From Octopus vulgaris (taxonomy: Eukaryota), in assembly GCA_951406725.2 (NCBI GenBank), contig OX597824.1, positions 24,056,001 through 24,120,000 on the forward strand: a DNA stretch of 64,000 nucleotides, in the 5' to 3' direction. The notes under the pieces are model-generated. The model saw only the letters and a list, made by a program, of their open reading frames with translations, was not told the origin of the DNA and searched no databases. Shown in pieces: positions 29,988 through 42,056 of this stretch (position 1 is its first letter; every line of letters starts with the position of its first letter). A program made the translations under genes and the position numbers.

Positions 29988-30227
29988 GTTCTTTTATTAT
30001 TATTTCTTATTCTTTTACCTGTTTCGGTCATTTGACTAAGGCCGTGCCGAGGTCCCGCCTTTAGTCGAGCAAATCGACCCCAGAACTTATTCATTGTAAG
30101 CGTAGTATTTATTCCGTCGGTCTCTTTGGCCGAACCGCTAGTATCCGGGAACGTAAACACACCAACATCGGTTGTCAAGCGATGGTGGGGGGACAATCAC
30201 AAGCACACGAATACATACACACACACA

Positions 30228-30273
<46 letters not shown>

Positions 30274-30516
30274 TATATATATATATATATATATACGTGT
30301 GTATGTATGCATGTATGTATATATGCAACGGGCTTCTTTGAGTTTCCGTCTACCAAATTCACTCACATGACTTTGGAAGTAGACACTTCTACTATAGCCC
30401 AAGGTTACAGTATAAGATATTTAAGATATTTGCCCAAGGTATCACGCAGTAGGATTGAACCCGAACCCATGTGGTTGGGAAGCAAGCTTCTAACGACACA
30501 GCCACTCATATGTGCC
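29701..30516 (-). mobile_element. SINE family B with tandemly duplicated 3' half
   Basis: Full copy at about 30005-30516; near-identical second 3' half at 29701-29910. Confidence 0.88.
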
Positions 30517-30574
30517 TGAATACATATATGCATGCATATATATATTTATATATATGTATATATATATATATATA

Positions 30575-30990
30575 GGCGCAGGAGTGGCTGTGTGGTAAGT
30601 AGCTTGTCTATCAACCACATGGTTCCGGGTTCAGTCCCACTGCGTGGCACCTTGGGCAAGTGTCTTCTACTATAGCCCCGGGCTGACCAAAGCCTTGTGA
30701 GTGGATTTGGTAGACGGAAACTGAAAGAAGCCCGTCGTATATATGTATATATATATATATATATGCGTGTGTGTGTTTGTGTGTCTGTGTTTGTCCCCTA
30801 GCATTGCTTGACAACCGATGCTGGTGTGTTTATGTCCCCGTTACTTAGCGGTTCGGCAAAAAGAGACCGATAGAATAAGTACTGGGCTTACAAAAAGAAT
30901 AAGTCCCGGGGTCGAGTTCCTCGATTAAAGGCGGTGCTCCAGCATGGCCGCAGTCAAATGACTGAAACAAGTAAAAGAGTAAAAAAGAGT
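30575..30990 (+). mobile_element. SINE family B, full length
   Basis: GGCGCAGGAGTGGCTGTGTGG head to GAGTAAAA tail. Confidence 0.92.
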
Positions 30991-31044
30991 AAGAGGTTGA
31001 AAAAAGATTAGAGATCTATAGAAATCAAATTTTCATATATATAA

Positions 31045-31434
31045 AAGATGGAGGTGGAAATAGCACAGAAGTAAGTCTAAGACATTCCAATTTAAGATGG
31101 AATTTAACAAAAATTATTTTTTGAAAAATTATTATATAAAGAAAATATTACCGGTTTTGATGAAGCACATCTTATGAAAAATCGGTAAAAATTTATGAAA
31201 ATTTGAAGAAAAATCAGTTTATCTTCTGTCTAGGGATATGTTCTTGTCCCCCAGACACTAGATAAACTGTTTTTACTTCAAATTTTTTCATAAGATTTTG
31301 CTGATATTTGATAAGATGAGATTCAACGAAACCGGTAATATTTTCTTTATATAATTTTTAAAAATCATTTTTATCAAATTCCCCCTTAAATTGAAATGTC
31401 TCAGTCTTACTTCTGTGTATTTACACCTCCATCT

Positions 31435-31435
<1 letters not shown>
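31045..31435. mobile_element. Fold-back MITE-like element (about 390-bp imperfect palindrome) in TA context
   Basis: AAGATGGAGGTG...CACCTCCATCTT termini; inner pairs such as TATATAAAGAAAATATTACCGGTTT / AAACCGGTAATATTTTCTTTATATA. Confidence 0.8.
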
Positions 31436-31472
<37 letters not shown>

Positions 31473-31589
31473 GAGGTGGAAATATATATGTATATAAATA
31501 TATATGTATATATATGTATATATATATGTATATATACGTATATACATAAATACATACATACACAAACACACACACATATGTATATATTT

Positions 31590-31624
<35 letters not shown>

Positions 31625-31655
31625 TGGTGTATGTATGTATTATATATATATATAT

Positions 31656-31700
<45 letters not shown>

Positions 31701-31791
31701 TGTATATATATATATATATATGTATTATATATCACCAAGTATTCAGTATGAAAGGGACCTTAAGGCGAAAATTATTACATTATATGTACTT

Positions 31792-31824
<33 letters not shown>

Positions 31825-31840
31825 TATGTATGTATGTATG

Positions 31841-32178
31841 CAATTGTAGCGTGGAAGGTGTTTATAAGGCATTGAAGGAACACGCAAAATCCGTTAGATT
31901 CACTTCAACATTTAAATTTAATTTGACAAAATATTTTCGTCGCTGTGAAACTGCAACTTTTTCACTGACAAAATTCCGTGCTGCACGGAATTTTGTCAGT
32001 GAACACCTCGCGGTCTCAAACCGACAAAAATAATTTGGCAAATTAAGTTTAAATGTTGAAGTGAATCTAACGGTTTTGGTGTGTTTCTTAAATGGCTTAT
32101 AAACACTTTCCACGCTGCAATTGATTTCGTTCCAGCACACGATCTCAGATCAGGTCACTTGCTATGCAAGTACATCTC
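31841..32178. mobile_element. Fold-back element, hairpin centred at 31982, left arm truncated
   Basis: Perfect 21-bp inner arms TTCACTGACAAAATTCCGTGC-T-GCACGGAATTTTGTCAGTGAA; imperfect pairing extends about 140 bp. Confidence 0.85.
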
Positions 32179-32201
32179 CTATTTATGTATGTGTATATGA
32201 C

Positions 32202-32413
32202 GCCATGATAGATCGTTAGCTCCACACGCATTTTTTTCTTTTTTCTCTCCTTGTTTCTCTCCTTGTTTTTTTTCTGTGTATCTTTCTGTCGAAGAGCGTA
32301 GGCTCGAAACGTAAAAGACGTTTTCTATTTCTACTCCTGAGCGCTATACTAATACATTTGTTTATTTGTACTCCACCTGCCTTCGTCCTTTGTTTATCTT
32401 CGTAAACTTTCCC
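32202..32413 (+). mobile_element. Family D repeat with hammerhead-like motif at 32281-32318
   Basis: TCTTT-CTGTCGA-A-GAGC(GTAG)GCTC-GAAAC-GTA/AAAGA; ends in (TA)n. Confidence 0.75.
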
Positions 32414-32576
32414 GTTATATATATATATATATATAAATATATATATATATTATAATTCGAGACAAAACCACTATTTTAAAACCAAACAAGGAAAGACTTA
32501 ATCAATACATAAAATTTTAATATAAATTAAATAAACCGCCACTACAAAATTTGATACTGATTAGAAGATCGAAAAT

Positions 32577-32620
32577 CCACCTGAAGATTGTCCGTAGCAG
32601 ACATGAAACATTTGTAGTGG
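32577..32620 (+). ncRNA. Type I hammerhead ribozyme motif within an inverted-arm element (32454-32650)
   Basis: CCAC-CTGAAGA-T-TGTC(CGTAGCA)GACA-T-GAAAC-ATTT-GTA/GTGG. Confidence 0.7.
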
Positions 32621-32642
32621 CGGTTTATTTAATTTATATTAA

Positions 32643-32686
<44 letters not shown>

Positions 32687-32694
32687 ATATGTGA

Positions 32695-32751
<57 letters not shown>

Positions 32752-33328
32752 GTGTGTGTGTATGTATCAAGAGTAAGGTATCAATAAACTTTATACGGTA
32801 CAGCAAAGTTCGGATGGAAACAGCTAAGCTGAGACCTCTTTTGATCACGAGGAGAATGACAGCCCGGAATTGGTAACAATGTAGAAATATCGTTGTCAGC
32901 CTCAACTCAATAAGGAGCGAGGGGCTTCAGAAAGTAGCATGTGACATAATCTCTAATGCATGATGCCTAACATATTATAACAATTTCATCTGAACTTGTG
33001 ACATAACACACACCGATGACATCATGCGCATATTACGTATGTTTTAGTTGTCATGAAACAGCGGTCGAGATAAACATTTCTGTTCTGTTTCGTTTTCTTA
33101 TCCCATTATTCTCTAATTCGTGTTTTTTTATTCCACGTAAGTATACGTCTGAAGCCTACTGGTGTTTATCTGCCTTTCCACCTTCATAAAAGATCGATAA
33201 GTATTGTCCTTATACGCAAGTTTCGATGCGGATGCGCTAGATCCGGATGAATCCCATCAATTTGAGCTCTAATCTGTATTATCCATTTTATGGTTATTTT
33301 ACTTTCACCTAATCAGTGTGTGTGTGTG

Positions 33329-33421
<93 letters not shown>

Positions 33422-33617
33422 ATATATATATATTAAAAAATACCTTTAACGGTTAAATTTATATAATTCATAAATGAGGGCAAGGGAAAGAAAATTTCTA
33501 ATGCCAAATATGCCGAAAAATTGGACATATTGTCCATTAACCATATAATTTTTTCACAGTACGCACGCTACTCGAATAAAGGTCGACAGAAATTTCTAAA
33601 AAATTCCATTATTATGA

Positions 33618-33670
33618 TATCGGACCGATTTCAGAGTTAGCTACTAAGAGCCCTCTCTTCGTCAGTGATA
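33618..33670 (-). ncRNA. Type I hammerhead ribozyme motif within a TA-flanked element (33435-33762)
   Basis: Minus strand TATCA-CTGACGA-AGAG(18 nt)CTCT-GAAAT-CG-GTC/CGATA. Confidence 0.65.
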
Positions 33671-33757
33671 CATGTGGTAAAAGAAATAAATGAGATACTT
33701 ACTCATACCCATTAGCAGGCATATTGCCCATTAGAAATTTTCTGCCCTACCACATTT

Positions 33758-33825
<68 letters not shown>

Positions 33826-33827
<2 letters not shown>

Positions 33828-33930
33828 AAAAAAACAACAGTGGAAAAAGACAATAAAGAATAACAATAACGCGAGGACGTAGTACAGGCAAAGTATTAAT
33901 AAGGCGCTCAGAGACGGAAAGAAAGAATAT
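33826..33930 (-). repeat. 3' fragment related to family D
   Basis: Reverse complement CTGAGCG..AATACTTTG..GTCCTCG matches the post-ribozyme part of 60655-60850. Confidence 0.55.
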
Positions 33931-33935
33931 ATACA

Positions 33936-33973
<38 letters not shown>

Positions 33974-34327
33974 TGTATATATATTCTTTCAATGCCAATA
34001 TGCTGAGAACAGACTTTAAATCATCAATTTCCACATTTATAATATACACTCACTATAAATACACGTCGTGCTGAAATCGAGGAAAGCGAGCTAACAGAAT
34101 TTTTTTTAAAAGTTCGTTATTTCTATATTGAATCAATTTTGGGATTAATCCTATGGATTCTTCCCTCTTCAGTAGAAAATACGGTAAGCAATAAATGAAA
34201 TACTTATACGCATCCATGGAAAAAAGCAAAAAGCAAGAGTTATGTGTACACATAAGTATCCCATTTATATCTAAATGTAAAAACCTTTAGCCAGCCTCAT
34301 ATATGTATATAAAGATAGAGGGAGCGA

Positions 34328-34437
34328 TAGAACAAGACAATTTGATTCAGAATCCTTGGTACGGCCATTGGCGTCTGACTAGCCACGCATTTGAAACTCA
34401 GAGTACCAAGGATTCTGAATCAAATAGCTTTGATCTA
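34328..34437. repeat. Inverted repeat with 23-bp perfect arms and a half hammerhead motif
   Basis: 34340-34362 pairs with 34403-34425; GAAACTCAGAGTA at 34393-34405. Confidence 0.8.
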
Positions 34438-35009
34438 TACATGTAACTCCCAATAAATGTGTTGAATGCCCTTCTTACGTTTGTCTACTCACTCGTCTAT
34501 ATATATGTGTGTGTGTGTGTACACATGCACGAACAAGCAAACACACATATACACATATCCATAGCTTTTCTACATTAATTGTGTAATTTTTTCTGTTGTC
34601 CATGTAAATTTTCATAAATAGATTATTGCCAAGTTTACCTTGATTCTGCAAAATCTATACTTAAACCGTTCTGTTTTGAATCAGTATTTTACCGAAATTT
34701 TCAAACTACATGGCGAGCATTTTATTTCAGATTCCTTTGCCAGCAATGTACATCGGAGTTTCTTTTGTCTTTTGGTAACAAATATATTATTAGATAACTA
34801 TCTGCAAATTTTGCTGTCATAATTATGAACTAACTCTTAAATTCTTTACATGTCCGTTTGTCTCTGTATTTATGTTTCTAGGTAGTATCACTCGTATACT
34901 TACACGTATCTATAGATATATACACATTTATAAAATCACACACCTTTCACATATCTTTACATACGCGTATACATATAGGTTATAGATTTTATATAGATAC
35001 ATATGTGTG

Positions 35010-35141
<132 letters not shown>

Positions 35142-35156
35142 GTGTGTGTCCTTACA

Positions 35157-35336
35157 TTCGTAACGCGGGGCAGATGAAACAAGGACAGCTGAACAAGGGG
35201 AATATTTTTTATGTTGCATGTCTCATTTCTCTGTTTGCTTTTTTCGTTATTCCAAAAAAACGTTCGTTTATATGTTTTTGTTTTTATGTTTTCGTTTCTC
35301 ATTGTGTTCAACGTTTTTTTAATGTCCAATGCCCAT
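35157..35336 (+). repeat. Family F short repeat
   Basis: AACGCGG..AGATGAAACA.GGACA.CTGAA.AAGGGG..TTTATGTTTTCGTTTCTCAT matches 43108-43262. Confidence 0.75.
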
Positions 35337-36311
35337 ATATGCATGTATATATACATATATATATAGGTATGTTGATATGTGTATGTGTATATGCATATAT
35401 TTATATATTATTTATATTATATATATATATATGTATGTATGTATGCATGTATGTATATATATATGCACACATATACATATACACACATACATGTGAATAT
35501 CCATGTAGCTATATCTATATATATTTACCTCCCCTTCTGTATATATACATATTTGTGTATATATACGTATATATGTACATTTTCATATCTATACATATAT
35601 GTAAATGTGTAAATATATCTATATGAGTGTGTACATTAATAGATATGTATATAAGCATAAGTAAGGATGTATATTCATATACTTATATATGCATATACAC
35701 ACACTCAAACCTACACGCAAACACGTGCCCATGCAGATAAATAAAAGAGCCATTCCTCCTTCGCAAAAAAAATAGTAATTTTTTCCTTACCTTTCTTTTT
35801 TTTTTCTTCTATTCTGTGAGTGCCGACGCAAAAGTACTTTCTGCAGACTCCATTTTATTTTTGTCCACACCTGATATTGTCAGTCTCATTTCAGCCAGGA
35901 GACATTGTTCCTGGAATTTTCGGTAAGTATTGGGAAGCGGAATATATTTTCTGTCTTCAGCAGTGAAATATTCAACAACTGTCTTTGAGTGAATTCATCC
36001 AGCAGAAAATTGAAGGAATAAAAAAAGAAATTTATTTATTTATTTATTTTTTTTTTTTTGCTGCTTCGTAAAAACTATTCTCTTTATCTAAAAACTATCT
36101 TGGAACTATCTTTCGGTGATGAAACGAAAAAGACAATAACTGAAAATGCACTTATATAATTGTCAAGAAGTATGTTTTCATTTTGTTTTTTTAGATGTAC
36201 CCTGCGCGTGTGTGTTTGTGCGTGTGTGCGTGTGTGTGTACGTGTGTGTGTATGTGTGTGTGCACGTGAGTGTGTGTGTGTGCATATATTCACACAGAAC
36301 ACATACCTGTA

Positions 36312-36357
<46 letters not shown>

Positions 36358-36431
36358 TGCATATATATATATGTATACATGCACAACCGTATATCGGTCT
36401 TATACTATGTAACATACATGTATACATATAT

Positions 36432-36473
<42 letters not shown>

Positions 36474-36892
36474 ATTTATATATACATATTTGTGCATACA
36501 TATATATGCATGTGTAAATATACATATAAACGCACACACATATACATACATATATATATATATATATAAATATATATGAATGTAACTATAATATATGCGT
36601 CTGTATGTGTGTATGTATGTGGCATACCTACATATGTACCTTCTTGTAAATACATACATACATACAAACTTACTTATATGCGTACATACAGAGAGTTTTT
36701 TTTTTCCGGCGGGAGAGTATTCAACAAAATGAAAGCCGGTTACTACCATTCACAAGGTGTATAGTGCGGTATAATGTACAGTACGTGTATATTCATACAT
36801 CTTTAAATACGCAGAATAGTACGACTTTAAAAGTACAAATGAAATAAAAGGCATAATTTATTCTTTAACTGGGTGTACAGATGTACGCATGT

Positions 36893-37630
36893 CATTATTC
36901 TGTTCTTTTTTTTCAATATTTCTTGCCAATAGAGAAAGAGTCGGTTTCTAACCTATATCCAAGGTTCCTTCAATGGAATTTCAACACCTGCAACAGGGTC
37001 TTGATGTTTGTATGTATGTATGTATGTATGTATGTATGTATGTATGTATGTATGTATGTATGTATGTATAGATGTATGGATGCATGCCTGTATGTATGTA
37101 TGTATGTATGCATGTATGTAGGTACGTATGTATGTATGTATGTATGTATAGATGTACGTATGCATGTATGTATGTATGTATGTATGTATGTATGTATGTA
37201 TGTATGTATGTATGTATGTATGTATATATGTATGTATGGATGCATGCATGCATCCATGTAGGCATGTATGTATGTATGTATGTATGTATGTATGCCATTA
37301 TTCTGTTTTATTTCAAGATTTCTTGGCAATAATGAAGGATTCGGTTTCTAACCTAGATCCAAGGTTCCTTTATTGAAATTTCAACATTTGCAACAGGGTC
37401 TTGATGTATGTATGTATGTTTGTATGTATGTATGTATGTATGTATGTATGTATATATGTATGTATGTATGTTTGTATGTATGTATGTATGTATGTATGTA
37501 TGTATGTATGTATGTATGTATGTATGTATGTATGTATGTATGTATGTATGTATGTTTGTATGTATGTATGTATGTATACATGCATGCATGTATGTATGCA
37601 TGTATGTATGTATGTATGTTTGTATGTATG
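36893..37630 (+). repeat. Duplicated 110-bp unit, each copy followed by (ATGT)n
   Basis: CATTATTCTGTT..TCGGTTTCTAACCTA.ATCCAAGGTTCCTT..GCAACAGGGTCTTGATGT at 36893 and 37296. Confidence 0.85.
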
Positions 37631-38070
37631 TAGATATGCATTGTAGTCTAACGTTGTCCGAGAATGACGGTTGCGCTTATTGAACGACCTACGCAAATTA
37701 TTTGTTTATATTGATCATACATATGTGCTGTATACCAGCTCAATCTTTCCATCAGATCGACCTTTTCCTCAACATGTGCAGCTGTACAACACATCAGGTG
37801 TCGATGTGGTCGCAGTGCAACATGTGACGGAGTGTTTCTCTCAAAAGCACAACGCACAAGACGGTCCAGAAATTGAGGCCATTATTTTGCGGCGTGCCGC
37901 ACACTAACCACTAGACCATGCGTCCTTATATATGCACACACACACACACACACACGCACACACATATGTACGTAGGCGCTGGAGTGACTGTGTGGTAAGT
38001 GGCTTCCTTACCAACCACATGGTTCTGGGTTCAGTCCCACTCCTGTGCCTCGCAGTATTTACATGTATAT

Positions 38071-38465
38071 ATTTCTTTACTATCCACAAGGGGCTAAACA
38101 TAGAGGGGATAAACAAGGACAGACAAACGGATTAAGTCGATTACATCGACCCCAGTGCGTAACTGGTACTTTATTTATCGACCCCGAAAGGATGAAAGGG
38201 AAAGTTGACCTCGGCGGAATTTGAACTCAGAACGTAACGGCAGACGAAATACCTATTTCTTTACTACCCACAAGGGGCTAAACACAGAGGGGACAAACAA
38301 GGACAGACAAACGGATTAAGTCGATTACATTGACCCCAGTACGTAACTGGTACTTAATTTATCGAACCCGAAAGGATGAAATTTGAACTCAGAACGTAAA
38401 CGACAGACGAAATACCGCTAAGCATTTCGCCCGGCGTGCTAACGTTCCTGCCAGCCGGCCGCCTT
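38071..38465 (-). mobile_element. SINE family C (duplicated core), adjoining a family B head at 37975-38052
   Basis: Reverse complement of 49705-50113. Confidence 0.88.
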
Positions 38466-38500
38466 TATATATGTATGTAATGTGTGTGTATGGTATGTAA

Positions 38501-38546
<46 letters not shown>

Positions 38547-38852
38547 CCATTTATGCATGTCATCCTATTCTACTCTGTACAATTTAAGTTCATTGACTGC
38601 GTCAAAAAGTCAAATGTGTCAACAGAGAATATATGATAATCGAACATGGTGCCAACTGTTACAATAAGAAGTAACAGGTCAGTCCCAACTAAATGAAACC
38701 AATCCATTTATACTGAAATTTTTTTTTTTTTTGTGCGCATGTTCTCATTGATAGGAATCACGTGACATCTAGATACCATTGCTCTTCGTAAATACTCGCC
38801 TAATATTGCAGCAGTGCGTTACAGGGTAAAAAGTTTGGTTAATTTTTACGCT

Positions 38853-40220
38853 ATGAAAATATCGACTTTCCTTAGATGGATTGTGACAATTTATGGTTTA
38901 GCTATAACTGCTTTTGGTTATTATTTTCTAATTAAACAAAAATGGCAATTAGAACAAAATTATGCAGATGGCAATCGGCTTATTTTCCGGAGGATAAATA
39001 TTAACATATCAAAAAAGCGAACAAGTGATTTGGATAAAACAAGATACAAAATCGACTGGCACGATTACCAAAAAATCTTATTGGATTCCTTTAGAGAAGG
39101 ACCTGGAGAACAGGGTAGACCCGTGGTGTTGAGTGCCGCAGAAAGAATAAACGAAGATCAGTTGTTTGCAGTGAATGGATTTAATGGCGCGGTCAGCGAT
39201 AAAATATCACTATACCGTTCTTTGAGAGACATTCGCCATCCGGATTGCAAACATAAGAAATATCTGAAGAATTTACCAAAGGTGAGTGTCATAATTCCGT
39301 TTTATAATGAACACCGGACTACATTGCTTCGCACTATATATGGAGTTTTGGGGAGGTCACCTCCAGAACTGATACAAGAGATCATTCTGGTGGATGATTT
39401 CAGCACCAAAAATCATAATAAAAAACCCTTGAGCGATTACGTGAGAGAAAACTTCGAGAAGGTCAAATTAATTCGCAACTATAAACGGGAGGGTTTGATA
39501 CGGTCCCGACTTCAAGGGGCTAAAACAGCAAAAGCTGAAGTAATAGTGTTCCTCGATTCTCATGTGGAACCATCTGTAAATTGGCTTCCTCCTTTACTAG
39601 AACCAATTGTGTTGAATGAGAAAACTGTTGTATGTCCGTTTATTGATGTTATCGATCACACCACGTTTTCACAGTTTGCTCAGGATGAAGGAGCACGTGG
39701 AGCGTTTGACTGGAAACTTAACTACAAACGTTTACCACGTCTGAAGGGAGATAAAATAGATCCCACTGAAACGTTTGAGAGCCCTGTGATGGCCGGTGGG
39801 TTGTTTGCAATGAATAAAACATGGTTTTGGACATTAGGTGGTTATGACCCACATCTGGATATACGTGGAGCTGAGCAGTTTGAAATTTCGTTTAAGATTT
39901 GGTTGTGTGGTGGTCAAATACTAGACGCGCCTTGCTCAAGAGTTGCTCATATATACCGCAAATTTATTCCTTATTCTTCAAGCGTAAAAGCGTATGGCGA
40001 TTATCTATCACGGAATCACAAGAGAGTAGCTGAAGTCTGGATGGATGAATATAAGCAATACGTTTATAAAATGGAACCGAGTTTTAAACGTGTGGATGCT
40101 GGAAATATTTCACAACAACTAGCTCTTCGCAAAAAGCTTCGTTGCAAATCATTCAGGTGGTTTCTTGAAGAAATTGCTTTTGATGTTGTTCAACATTATC
40201 CGATCGATGAAGAAAAATAG
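38853..40220 (+). CDS. Polypeptide N-acetylgalactosaminyltransferase (GT27, GALNT10-like), single coding exon, 455 aa, no lectin domain
   Basis: N-terminal signal anchor (WIVTIYGLAITAFGYYFLI), GPGEQG, VSVIIPFYNE, IILVDDFS, REGLIRSR, DxH motif FLDSH, RGAFDW, SPVMAGGLFA, PCSRVAHIYR, RVAEVWMDEY, CKSFRWFL; first ATG at 38853; uninterrupted ORF. Confidence 0.93.
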   Translation: MKISTFLRWIVTIYGLAITAFGYYFLIKQKWQLEQNYADGNRLIFRRININISKKRTSDLDKTRYKIDWHDYQKILLDSFREGPGEQGRPVVLSAAERINEDQLFAVNGFNGAVSDKISLYRSLRDIRHPDCKHKKYLKNLPKVSVIIPFYNEHRTTLLRTIYGVLGRSPPELIQEIILVDDFSTKNHNKKPLSDYVRENFEKVKLIRNYKREGLIRSRLQGAKTAKAEVIVFLDSHVEPSVNWLPPLLEPIVLNEKTVVCPFIDVIDHTTFSQFAQDEGARGAFDWKLNYKRLPRLKGDKIDPTETFESPVMAGGLFAMNKTWFWTLGGYDPHLDIRGAEQFEISFKIWLCGGQILDAPCSRVAHIYRKFIPYSSSVKAYGDYLSRNHKRVAEVWMDEYKQYVYKMEPSFKRVDAGNISQQLALRKKLRCKSFRWFLEEIAFDVVQHYPIDEEK

Positions 40221-40303
40221 AACGATACAGAGAGAGGAATTTGAGTCATGATAATTTTTTTCATTGAGAGGAAGTTCTTACAAAAAAACAAACACAAAAA
40301 TTA

Positions 40304-40379
40304 AATAAATATTAAACCGTTTCGTTCGACTGAGAAATGCATTAATTAGAAACATGAAAAATATTAATGATGAAATAAA
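40304..40379 (+). promoter_or_regulatory. Candidate polyadenylation signals of the GALNT gene
   Basis: AATAAA at 40304 and 40374 and ATTAAA at 40311, 85-155 nt after the stop; the region is AT-rich, so support is weak. Confidence 0.4.
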
Positions 40380-40749
40380 AGTTTGAAACTTAATTAGACG
40401 TGACACCAATTAGGGTCAGAAGAGATGACTATATGTTTATCAGAATGGAAAAATGTATTCTTTAACATGAGACGATTCTCAGAGAGATTTCTATTCTTGT
40501 TTATGCTTCTTTTTTTATTTTATTCTTTTGTTGCTTTTGTTTCATTTGTGATTGCGACATCAAGAAATCTGTTCCAAAACTTACGTAACAAAGAAGAATT
40601 TACCCAACCAATGTCTGGACAATGAACCATTCGTTTGTCGTACATTCTTCAACTCTTTTCACTCTTTAGAATTGTTCAGTCGTGTGTGGCGGTTAGTAAC
40701 CGAATATCTCAATAGGAAATGCTAAGTGCGTCATCTTCATCGTCGTCAC

Positions 40750-40796
<47 letters not shown>

Positions 40797-42056
40797 CCAC
40801 CACCACACCATCACCATCATCATCATCACCATCATCATATTCGTCATCGTCGTCGTCGTCATCACCAAAACCCTCTCCACGACGACCACCACCACCACCG
40901 CCACTACTACAAGAGCTAGCACCACTTTTACTACAGCCATGACATCACAGCCACAACCATAACCATCAACATAATTATAAAAAACACGGTTACAGAATAG
41001 AAAGCAGAATACTGGAAGACATTTGACTCTAACCTAAATGAATAAACAAATAAAATAAATAAATAAACAAACAAATAAAACAAAAGCTCAATATATAATA
41101 ATTTACATTATCAAGTCTAACAACAGCTACGTCACACCGCATATGATTATTATAACAAGTTGAGCTAAGACTCATACACGCCAATATAATACACTTATGA
41201 AACTTGTTTCCAAAATAAACCACCAAGACGCACATAAAAGAAGTCAAGATTAGTACATTCTACTAAGACCACAACTTGACTATTTCCTTACAAGAAAACC
41301 AATTAAATTATCTAAGAATACAAAGGTCTCAGATCAACGTTACGTGATTATACAAAAAAATTACTTCAGGTCTAAAGGAGGTTTGAACTCAGCTATAAAT
41401 TCTGGCGTCTCGAAGCAAATTAGATTGTCGTTCAACTATCTAGAAATAGCTCCCAAATTTCTTTCTGGGCATACTCTACTATCTTATGGAAAGGAAGGGG
41501 ACATTGGACAGTGTCGTATTGAGTACATATAAAATCGATTGAGTAGTCAACGTTGGATGGAGCACTTTTGGTCATAGATCCTGGGTGATCGGGGATTAAA
41601 CTGGAGATAGTCAACAATTCACGTCAGTGTGAAACCACCCAGAATCTGGAAACCGGGTACAATTTTAAAACCAATCGACGCGGGATCACACAGAATAATG
41701 ACCTTTCAATGCAAACCTTAAACAGTCCATGAGAAATTCAATTATGCTATCACCAATTTATATCTGAACATTAGCTGGACTAGTCCCCACCCGTGCTTTC
41801 CCCACTCTCGCCTCCCCACCTCCCAACAACATCACACCACACCACACTATACCATACAACATTACACATCACATCACAACATCCCCACATTTTCACACCT
41901 ACACATACATACACGCACAGGTCCAGACCACCAGCCCTCTTTCACACGCACATACATACTCTCTTATACACACACGCACCTTCGTATTGGGGGTCATCTT
42001 TACTTTGTTATCTCCCATACTTTCCTTCTCGTATGTGATCCTTCTGTCTGGCAGTC

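Noticed and set aside
38814-38852. GTG start of the 468-aa ORF
   Set aside because: Eukaryotic context; the ATG at 38853 gives a normal short cytoplasmic tail, and the GTG overlaps a likely splice acceptor
41600-42056. Possible Penelope GIY-YIG remnant upstream of the family D copy
   Set aside because: No recognisable motif could be translated by eye
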